NCBI RefSeq assembly: GCF_009914755.1
Contig: NC_060944.1
From: the human T2T-CHM13v2.0 reference genome, Homo sapiens
Reading direction: 5' to 3' (one strand)
DNA: 64,000 nt
Each line of letters starts with the position of its first letter. The stretch's first letter is position 1. The translations under genes were made by a program, and so were the position numbers. The notes below the pieces were generated by a model. That model saw nothing but the letters and a program-made list of their open reading frames with translations. It was not told the origin of the DNA and did no database searches. Positions 53,635 to 64,000 of this stretch are shown piece after piece.

Positions 53635-54340
53635 TTTTTTTTTGTAATTTAACATTCTATTTTAGATTCAGGAGGGTACATGTACAGGTTTGTTACATGG
53701 GTATATTGTGTGATGATGAGGTTTGAGGTATGATTGATCCTATCACCCAGGTAGTGAGCATAGTACCCAATAGTTAATTTTTTTAACCCTCACCCCCCTC
53801 CCTCCCCACCCTACTAGTTTCTAGTATTTATCTTTAGCTCCCACCTATAAGTGAGAATATACTGTATGTGGTTTTCTGTTTCTGTATTAATTCACTTAGC
53901 ATAATGGCCACTAGCTTCATCCATGTTCCTGCAAGGGATATAATTTTGTTCTTTTTTTATGGCTGTGTAGTATTCCATGGTGTGTATGTACCACGTTTTC
54001 TTTACCAAATACACTGCTGATGGGCAATTTGGTTTATTCCATGTCTTTGCTATGGTAAATAGTGCTGCAATGAACAGAGAGTGTATGTGTCTTCTTGGTA
54101 GAATGATTTATTTTCCTTTGGGTGTATATCCAGTAATGGGATTGCTGGGTGGAATGGTCATTCTATTTTTAGTTCTTTGAGAAATCTCCAGTTGCTCTCC
54201 ACAGTGGCTGAACTAATTTACATTTCCACCAACAGTGTGTAAGTGTTCCCTTTCTCTGCAGCTTCACCAACATCTGTTATTTGTTGACTTTTAAATATTA
54301 ATCATAGCCAATCTGACCAGTGTGAGATAGTATCTCATTT
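53635..54340 (-). mobile_element. L1PA (L1PA16-like) 3' end
   Basis: GGTACATGTACAGGTTTGTTACATGGGTATATTG...ATCACCCAGGTAGTGAGCATAGTACCCAATAG. Confidence 0.88.
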
Positions 54341-54344
54341 TGTT

Positions 54345-57300
54345 TTCTTTTTTAACTTTTATTTTAGGTTCAGGGGTACATGGACAGGTTTGTTTTATAG
54401 CTAATTTGCCTGTTAAGGGGTTTGGTGTACAGACTGTTTCATCACGAAAGTAATAAGCACAGTACCTGATAGGTATTTTTTTTATCCTCACTCTTCCCTG
54501 GCCTTCCACCCTCCACCCTCAACTAGGCCCTTATTCCTTTCTTTGTGTTGATGTGTACTCAGTTCTCACTTATAGGGGAGAACATGTAGTATTTGGTTTT
54601 CTGTGTCTGTGTTAGTTTGCTTAGGATAATGGCCTCCAGCTCCATCCATGTTGCTACAAAGGACATGATCTTATTCTTTTTTATGGCTGGGTAGTATTAT
54701 TTACTTTATATGTACCATATTGTCTTTATCCAGTCTACTGTTCATGGACATTTAGGTTGATTCCCTGTCTTTGCTATTGTAAATAGTGTTGTGATGAACA
54801 TACACGTGCATATATCTTTATGGTTTATATTCCTTTGTCTGTATACCCAATAATAAGGTTTCTGGGTTGAATGGTAATTCTGCTTTGAGTTCTTTGAGAA
54901 TTCACCAAATTGCTTTCCACAATGGCTGAACTAATTTACATCCCTACCGGCAGTGTATAAGTGCTCTCTTTTCTCTACAACCTTGCCAGGATCTGTTTTG
55001 TTTTTTTTTTACTTTTTGGTAATAGCCATTCTGACTGGTGTGAGATGGTATCTCATTGTGGTTTTGATTTGCATTTCTCTAATGATTAGAGATGCTGAGC
55101 ATTTTTTCATATGCTTGTTGGCCACATGTATGTCTTCTTTAGATAAGTGTCTCTTCATGGCCTTTGCCCACTTTTTAATGGGGTTATGCATTTTTTTCTT
55201 GTAAATTTGTTTAAGTTCCTTATAGATTTTGGCTATTAGACCTTTGTCCAATGCATAGTTTGCAAAAATTTTCTCCCATTCTGTAGGCTGTGTGTTTACT
55301 CTGTTGATAGTTTCTTTTGTGGGGCAGAAGCCCTTCAGTTTAATTAGATCCGATTTGTCAATTTTTGCTTTTGTTGCCTATGCTTTTGTGTCTTCATCAT
55401 GAAATCTTTGCTAGTTCCTATGTCCAGAATGGTATTGCCGACATTGTCTTTCAGGGTTTTTATAGTTTTGAGTTTTACATGTAAGTCTTTAATACATCTT
55501 GAGTTGATTTTTGTATATGGTGTAAGGAAGGGGTCCAGATTCAATCTTCCGCATATGGCTAACTAGTTATCCCAACACCTTTTATTGAATAGGGGGTCCT
55601 TTTTCCATTACTTGTTTTTTTTCAGGTTTGTTGAAGATCAGATGACTGGAGGTCACACACCTGTGTGACCCTATTTCTGCGCTCTCTATTCTGTTCCAAT
55701 GGTCTATGTGTCTGTCCTTGTACTAGTACTATGCTGTTTTGATTACTGTAGCCCTGTAGCATAGTTTAACATTGGGTAACATGATGACTCCAGCTTTGTT
55801 CTTTTTGCTTAAAATTGCCTTGGCTATTCAGGCTCTGTTTTGGTTTCATATTAATTTTAAAATAGTTTTTTCTAGTGCTGAGAATTATGTCTTTGGTAGT
55901 TTGTCGGGAATAGCATTAAATCTGTAAATTACTTTGGGCAGTTCGGCCATTTTATTAATATTGATTCTTCCTATTCATGAGCATGGAATATTTTTCCATT
56001 TGTTTGGGTCATCTCTCATTTCTTTGAGAATTGTTTTGTAGTTCTCATTGTAGAGATCTACAATGTAGATCCTAGCTGTATTCCTAGGTATTTTATTCTT
56101 TTTATGGCAATTGTGAATGGGATTGTGTTCCTGATTTGGCTCCTGGCTTAGCTCTTGTTGGTGTATAGAAATGCTAGTGATTTTTGTACATTGATTTTGT
56201 ATCCTGAAACTTTGCTAAAGTTGTTTATCAGCTGAAGGAGCTTTTGGACTATGGGATTGTCTAGATATAAAATCATGTCATCTGCAAACAGGGATGGTTT
56301 GCCTTCCTCTCTTCCTATTTGGATGCCCTTTATTTCTTTCTCTTGCCTGATTGCTCTGGCCAGAACTTCCCACACTATGTTGAATAGGAGTGAGAGAGAG
56401 GGAATCCTTGTCTTATGCTGGTTTTCAAGGGGAATGCTTCCAGCTTTTGCCCATTCGGTATGATGTTGGCTGTGGGTTTGTCATATATTGCTTTTATTAT
56501 CTTAAGCTATGTTCCTTCAATCCTATTTTATTGAGAGTTTTTAACGTGAATGGATGTTGGGTTCTATTGAAAGCCTCTTTTGCATATATTGAGATAATCA
56601 TTTGGGTTTATATATTTTTTGTTCTGTTTATGTGATGAATTACATCCACCACTTTGTGTATGTTGAATCAAACTTGCATCCCAGGGATAAAGCCTACTTA
56701 AGTGTGATGGACTAGCTTTTTGATGTACTGCCAGATTTGGTTTACTAGTATTTTGTTGGGGATTTTTGCATCTATGTTCATCAAAGATATTGGCCTGAAG
56801 TTTTCCTTTTTTGTTGGGTTTCTGCCAGGTTTTGTTATCAGAATGATGCTGGACTCATAGAATGAGTTAGGGAGGAGGCTCTCTTCTTCAATGTTTTGGA
56901 ATAGTTTCGGTGGAAATGGTACCAGCTCTTCTTTATACATCTGGTAGAATTCAGCTGTGAATCTGTTTGGTCCCAGGCTTTTCCTCATTGGTCGGCTTTC
57001 TTTACTGACTCAAGTTTGGAACTTGTTATTGGTCTGTTCAGGGATTCAATTTCTTCCTGGTTTGATATTGGGAGGTTGTCTGTTTCCAGGAATTTATTCA
57101 TTTCTTCTAGGTTTTCTAGTTTGTGTACATAGAGGTGTTTGTAGTAGTCTTGGAGGGCTTTTTGTATTCCTGTGGAGTTGTAGGTAATGTCCTCTTTGTC
57201 ATTTCTGATTGTGTAATTCACATCTCAATTTCATTCAGTTTAGCTCTGATTTTGGTTATTTTTTGTTTTCTGCTAGCTTTGGGATTGGTTTGCTCTTGTT

Positions 57301-58345
57301 TTTCTAGTTCCTCTAGGTGTGATGTTAGCTTGTTAATTTGACATCTTTCTAACTTTTTGATTGGGATGTTTAGTGCTATAAACTTTCCTCTTAACACTGC
57401 TTTAGCTGTGTCCCAGAGATTCTAGTATGTTGTATCTTTGTTCTCACTAGTTTCAAAGAATTTCTTGACTTCTGCCTTAATTTCATTGTTTACCCAAAAG
57501 TCATTCAGGAGCAGGTTGGTTAATTTTCATCTAATTGTATGGTTTTGAGTGATCTTAGTATTGATTTCTATTTTTATTGCACTGTGGTTTGAGAGTGTGG
57601 TTGGTATGATTTTGGTTTTTTCAATATGTTGAGAATTGTTTTATGGCAATTTTGTGGTCAATTTTAGAGTATATCCATGTGCAGATGAGAAAAATGTATG
57701 TTCTGGTTTTTTGGGGTGGAGAATTCTGCAGATATCTGTTAGGTCTATTTGGTTGACAGTTGAGTTCAGGTCCTGAATATCTTTATTAGTTTTCTGCCTT
57801 GATGATCTGTATAATACTGTCAAATGGATTTTGAAGTCTCCCACTATCATTGTGTGGTTATGTAAGTCTTTTTGTATGTCTCTAATAACTTGTCTTATGA
57901 ATTTGGGTGCTCCTGTGTTGGGTGCATATATATTTAGGATAGTTAGGTCTTCTTGTTGAATTTAATCTTTTAACATGATGTAATGCCCTTCTTTGTTTTT
58001 TTTTGAATGTTGCTGCTTTAAAGTCTGTTTTGTCTGAAATTAGACTAGTAACCCCTCCTTTCTTCTGATTTCTGTTTGCTTGATAGATTTTTCTCCAACC
58101 CTTTATTTTCAGCCTATTGGTGTTATTGCATGTGAGATAGGTCTCTAGAAGACAGCATACCATTGGGTATTGCTTTTTTATCCAATTTGCTACTCTGTGC
58201 CTTTATAATTGGGGCATTTAGCCTGTTGACATTCAAGGTTAATATTTATATGTGTGGATGTGATCCTGCAATTATGTTGTTAGCTGTTTATCATGCAGAC
58301 TTGATTGTGTATTTGCTTTACAGTGTCAATGGCCTATGTACTTAG
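54345..58345 (-). mobile_element. L1PA (older, L1PA13-15-like): 3' UTR plus disrupted ORF2
   Basis: ORF2 peptides: [19 protein letters not shown]...[10 protein letters not shown] (RT), [30 protein letters not shown] (EN), [20 protein letters not shown]. Confidence 0.95.
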
Positions 58346-59415
58346 GTGTGTTTTTGTGGTGTCTGGTTTTTCTTTTTCTGGCATCTTGAGGTGCAATATT
58401 AGGATGTTTATTTGAGTTTTTTTTCTTATTTGATATAGACATTTGTTGCTATAAATTTCCTTCTTAGAACCACTTTTTGCTGCATTCTATAAGTTTTGGT
58501 ATGTTGTGTTTTTATTTTTGTTTGTCTCAAGATAATTTCAAATTTTCCTTTTAATTTATTAATTTACCCATTGATTATTCAGAAGCACGTCTTTAAATTT
58601 TCACATTATTTGTAAATTTAAAAAAAATCTTTCTATTATTGATTTGTAGATTCATACCATTGTGGTCAGAAAGGACACTTGATATGATTTCATTCTTCTT
58701 AAATTTGAAAATTTTTTTGCCTATTGTAAAATGTATCTGGAGATTGTTGTTTGTGCAATTGAAAGTAACGTATATTCCACTTCTGGTGGCTGGAATGTTT
58801 TGTACATATCCGTGAGGTCATTTGGTCCAGGGAATAGTTAAATTATAATGTTTCTTTATTGTTGTCTGTCTGGATAATCTGCTCATAGTGGGAAGTAGAA
58901 TACTGAAGTTCCCTACTCTTATTGTTTTGCAGTCTACTTCTCCCTTTAAATCTATTAACTCTTGAATTATATGTTTAGGTGCTCAGATAGATGTCTGGTG
59001 TATTTGCATTTATAATTCTTATATACTCCTAATGAATCAGTTCTTTTATTATAAGGATCTTCTTTGTCTTATTTAAGTATTTTTGACTTAAAGTTTATTT
59101 TATCTGATATGGTATAGGTATCTCTGCTCTCTTTTGATTTGTTTGCATAGAATATCTTTTTTCATCCCTTTACTTTCAACCTATTCATACACTTAAGGTA
59201 AAATGAATCTCTTGTAAGCAGCATAGACATGGATCTTATTTGTTTATCCATTCAGCCATTCCATGTCTTTTGATTAAAGATTATAATCTATTCATATTCA
59301 AGGTAACCATTGATATGTAAGGACTTACTACTGCCCTTTTGATAATTGTTTTCTGGCTGTTATGTAGATTTTTATCATTCTTCCTCTCTTGTTTTCTTCC
59401 TTTGTGATTAGATGA

Positions 59416-59747
<332 letters not shown>

Positions 59748-59959
59748 TGAATTTTTACTTCTAATATTTTCTTTATCTACTATAGGTTTTTGCTTTCGGT
59801 ACCATGAGGCTTACACAAAATATGTTATAGTTAAAACAGGCTATGCTGGACCAACAATAACTTAACTTCAATTACACTGAAAAACTCTACACTCTTCTCC
59901 CAACATTTTATCATTTTGATGTCACAGTTTACATCTTTTAATATGTATATCCCATAACA

Positions 59960-60295
59960 CAAGGTTCCCCAACCCCTGGACTGGAGACTGGTACTGGTCC
60001 GTGGCCTTTTAGGAACCAGGCTACACAGCAGGAGGTGAGCAGTGGCTGAGCAAGCATTACTACCTGAGCTTTGCCTTCTGTAAGGTCAGCAGTGGCATTA
60101 GATTCTCATAGGAGTGTGAACTGCACGTGAGAGGGATCTAGGTTACATGCTCCTTATGAGAATCTAACTAATGCCTGGTGAGCTGGGGTGGAACAAATTC
60201 CTACCAAAACCATCCCGTACCCTCTACCCCCCAGTCCATGGAAAAATTGTCTCCTATGAAACAGGTCCCTGGTGCCAAAAAGTTGGGGACCACTG
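59960..60295. mobile_element. MER1B hAT-Charlie element
   Basis: TIRs CA.GG.TCCCCAAC / GTTGGGGACCACTG; 8-bp TSD CCATAACA/CCTTAACA. Confidence 0.9.
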
Positions 60296-60464
60296 CCTTA
60301 ACAAATCATTGTGGCTACTATTATTTCAAAGAGTTTTGTCCTAAAATCTTCATACAGAAGATATAAGAGATTTGCAAATTACCGTTATAGTATTAGAGTA
60401 TTCTGAATGTCAGTATGTACTTAGTTTCACTAGGGAGATTTTTATTCCCTAATGTTCTTCAGCA

Positions 60465-60472
60465 TTCCTTTC

Positions 60473-60520
<48 letters not shown>

Positions 60521-60588
60521 TCCTTCCTTCCTTCCTTCCTTCCTTCCTTCCTTCCTTCCTTCCTTCCTTCCTTCTTTCCTTCTTTCCT

Positions 60589-60645
<57 letters not shown>

Positions 60646-60700
60646 TCTTTCTCTCTTTCTTTCTTTCTTTCTTTCTTTCTTCTTTCTTTCTTTTTCTTTT
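60465..60700. repeat. Compound (TTTC)n(TTCC)n(TTTC)n STR, the expanded tail of an Alu
   Basis: About 235 bp of pure pyrimidine on the + strand. Confidence 0.95.
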
Positions 60701-60969
60701 ACAGAGTCTTACTCTTGTTGCCCAGGCTGTAGTGCAGTGGTGTGATCTCGGCTCACTGCAACCTCCACCTCTGCCTCCTGCATTCAAGAAATTCTCCTGC
60801 CTCAGCCTCCAGAGTAGCTGGGATTACAGGCACCTGCCAACACGCCAAGTTAATTTTTGTATTTCAGTACTATGTTGGCCAGGCTGGTCTCAAACTCCTG
60901 ACCTCATGATCCTCCCACCTCGCCCTCCCAAAATGCTGGGATTACAGGTGTGAGCCACCATGCCAGGCC
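60701..60969 (-). mobile_element. AluS body
   Basis: ACAGAGTCTTACTCTTGTTGCCCAGGCTG...GTGAGCCACCATGCCAGGCC; TSD CAGCATTYCTT. Confidence 0.92.
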
Positions 60970-63900
60970 AGCATTTCTTTTAAAGCAGGTCTAGTAGTGA
61001 TGAACTGCCACAGTTTAATTTGTCTGGGAAAATTCTTATTTGTTCTTCATTTCTGAATGACAGAAATTTGTTGGGTATAGTATCATCGGTTTGCAATTAA
61101 AAAAATTATTTCAGTTTATTTAATGTATCATTCAGATTTGTCCTGGCTTTTCAGGTCTCTGCTGAGAAATCAGAGGATAATCTTATAAAGATTCTCTTGT
61201 ATGTGACAAGTTGATATTTTCTTGCTGCTTTCAAAATTCTCTTTGCCTTTGGCAGTTGAAAATTGTATTATAATGCATTGGTAAAAGTCACATTATATTT
61301 AATCTATTTAGGGTTATTTGGGCTTCCTGAATCTGTATGTTAATTTATAGCTCCAGATTTGAAAAATTTTCTGCCATTATTTACTTAAAGATGTTTCCTG
61401 CCTCTTCTTTTTCTGTATTCCTTCTGGGACACCTGTATTGCATTCATTGGTTTGCTTGATAGTTTTTTATAATTCCTGTAGAATTTATTTACTCTTTTTG
61501 TGCGTTTTGTTTTGTTTCTCTCACAGGGTAATTTCAAATGACCTGGTCTTAATCTCACTGATCCTTTCTTCTGGTTAATCAAGTCTACTGTTGAAGTTAT
61601 TTGAATAAATTTTTCAGTTTAGTTCATTGTGTCTTTAGCTCCAGAATTTGTGTGATTCTTTTTTGTGGTTTCTCTCTTTTTTGATCTTATAATTTTGTCT
61701 GTGTTCACTTTTACTGATTTTATTTATGTATATTTTGATATTCTCTTGTAGCTCACTGACCATTGAAATATAATTACTTTGAATTTTTTGTCAGACATTT
61801 GTAAATCTCCATTTTTTTAGGGTAACTTACTGGTGCTTTATTTTTATGGTAGTGTCATGTTTCCCTGATTGTTTGTAATCCTTATGGCCATGTGTAGGTG
61901 ACTGTGCATTTCAAGTAGGCACTTGTTCCAATATAGACTGACTTTGACAGGAAAAGCCCTTCACCAATCATCCTGTCCAGAATTCTGGGCAGGCATCTGG
62001 TATGGTCCATGGTAAGCTTGTTGCTGGAGTTCTTGGGCAGGCTCACCTGGTGCTTGGTTCTATAGGGTTGGGCCTGCAGCCTGGGTTCACCAGGATTGAC
62101 CTGTTGATTGGGTCTGCAGTGATGGTTCTATAGCCTTTTTCCATGTGGTTGGGCAGGAAGTTGAATTAACTGGGCAAGCCTGAATCCTGGCTGACTTGGC
62201 ACTGGGGAAGTCCTGAGTCTGTGTCTGCAGTGTCCAGCCAGGTGCTGGGATGGGCGTGGTGTCTGTGATGGAACTGGAGCCTGAGTGTACAGATTCTAGC
62301 CTAGCCCTGGGGAAATCCAAGAGCCAGGGTCCATGGCTATAGGTCTGGGTCCTCAGTTTTCAGAAGCTGTCCTGGAGACTGAGTCCACAGGGGTGGTTCT
62401 TGAGCCTTGGTCCACAGGGAAAGCTTGTGCAGGAGTCTACTGGTGTGGTTCTGGACCCAGGGTACACTGAAACATGTCTGGATCTTGGGTCCACTGGAGC
62501 CTGGTGCTCTGGGGACCAGCCTGGGTCCTGGGGCAGTGTAATGCAGGGGAGTCTTATAACCTGGGTCTGCAAGGTCTGGTCTGGTGCATAGGGCTACAGA
62601 AGCCAGGCTGAAGGCTGGATGTGTGCATGCTGACCTGGAGGCTAGATTCATGAGGACTGGCTTGGAGCTTGGGACACAGGGCCTGGTTCAGATCTGTTGT
62701 CATCCTGAAGGCTGAATGTGTGGGTACAGGCCTGGGTCCTGGGACTGTGTGGGCTGGCCTGGAACCTGGGTGTGCAAGGGAAATCCTAGAACCTGGGTTT
62801 GCAGAGGCTGGACTGGCAGTGGAAACTTTTGAGATAGGCCTGATCTTTGGGTTTACTGGAGCACAGGATCACAGGGGATGGTCTTGAGTATATGCAGGCT
62901 TGTATGCTCAGTCTTCTGGTGCTGACCTGAAGTCAAGGGTTTTAGAAACTGGACAGGTGCTGGGTTAGACCTGAAGGCTGGCTCTGAGGAGCCAGCCTGG
63001 AGCCTGTATCTGTAGGAGCTAGCCTAGTGCTGGGATTGGCCTGAAATCTGGGACCACAATAGCTGTCTTTGTGTTGGGGTGGGGCTGTAGCCTTGGACCA
63101 TGGTGCCAGCCTGAAGGCTGGGGTCCTGTGGGACTGCCTGGCACTGGTTTTACTGTGGTAGGTGCAGTGTTGAGGTCTGAGGCAAAGTTCAATACTCCCT
63201 CACCTTCCTTCAAGTAGGGGATGTTTCTGTCCACAGTGTATAGCCTGGAGTGAGAGGAAAGGTGATGTGGGTTGTATAAAACTCTCCTTACTGCACTCTT
63301 CAATGTTTTAGTCTTATTTCTGTGCTACCCAAGTGTTGCAATCTGACACTTGGTTTGATGAGCTCCTGTGAGGATATTTTATGTATAGTTAGGTTCAAAT
63401 TGAGGTATTTGAGAAGGGATGAATGTGGAAAGTTTCTATTCTGCCACCTTATTGACATCACTCCAAGGATTTTTATTATAATAAACATTGTGAAAATGTC
63501 CTATGTAATTTAACTTGAAAAGTGGGCAATTTAATTCCTATATTCCTGAAGGTTTTCATTCTACCTAGGCTGGTTCAGAAGTTAAGCAGTTAGTTAATCC
63601 TCTGCTAAGTCTGAAGCCCTCTCACTCCCTTCCTACCTCTCCCATGCATCTGCACATCCCATACTGGGAAATCCCTCTCCTCTGGGAGAAAGTATCTTGG
63701 TCTTGATTTGTTTCTTAAACAAATCCTATACCTTCATATCTTATATAACTTCCATCCTACTTGATGCTGTTCTTTCATGTTTCTTATGTTGTTATCCAGG
63801 TTCATGAACCCCTGGGGATTTGCGAGAATGCAGACTTATTTTCCAAAGGCGGGGAGGCCCTGAGGTTCAACATTTCTAAGAGATTTTCCAAAGATGCTGC

Positions 63901-64000
63901 TGCCTCACACATCAGGACCATTTTACGAGGGTGAGCCTAGAAGTCTTTCTTCTGCCCACCAACATGCTGAGGATCAGGAAAGGCATGTGAGCCACCCTTC

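Noticed and set aside
54953-58345. Reverse transcriptase and endonuclease-like peptides
   Set aside because: Fragmented L1 ORF2 with many stops and frameshifts; not an active element or host gene.
60415-60787. Lys/Glu/Arg-rich and Phe/Leu/Ser-rich ORFs
   Set aside because: Translations of the (TTTC)/(TTCC) STR and the adjacent Alu.
63960-64000. Short similarity (GAGCCACCCTTC vs GAGGCCACCTTC near 46910) hinting at the 3' flank of the next CST9-like paralog
   Set aside because: Too short to support homology from within this window.

Overview
Human genomic DNA, recognised from memory as part of the type-2 cystatin (CRES/testatin subgroup) cluster at 20p11.21; no database search was run. It holds two convergent cystatin loci, each with three coding exons. 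(1) CST13P, + strand (20444-20676, 33747-33857, 41230-41313): all splice sites, four Cys, the PW loop and a poly(A) signal are intact. The only lesion I can see is a frameshift in exon 1, best explained as a 5-nt templated insertion. (2) CST9LP1, - strand (50212-49973, 48473-48360, 47411-47322): named as a pseudogene, yet it splices to an uninterrupted 147-aa secreted cystatin-9-like ORF. It has a weak first donor, and reading through intron 2 gives a CST9-like Cys-rich tail. The rest is mostly transposable elements: about a dozen solo LTRs (several with intact target-site duplications, including two HERV-H LTR7 and an LTR10 with AP-1 sites), Alus, a full-length Tigger1 and a 10-kb L1 block. 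There is also a 39-bp minisatellite carrying DR1-like nuclear-receptor sites and a possible third, highly decayed cystatin exon near 8.85 kb. I see no evidence for a wholly new system. Repeat subfamily names are by-eye calls.
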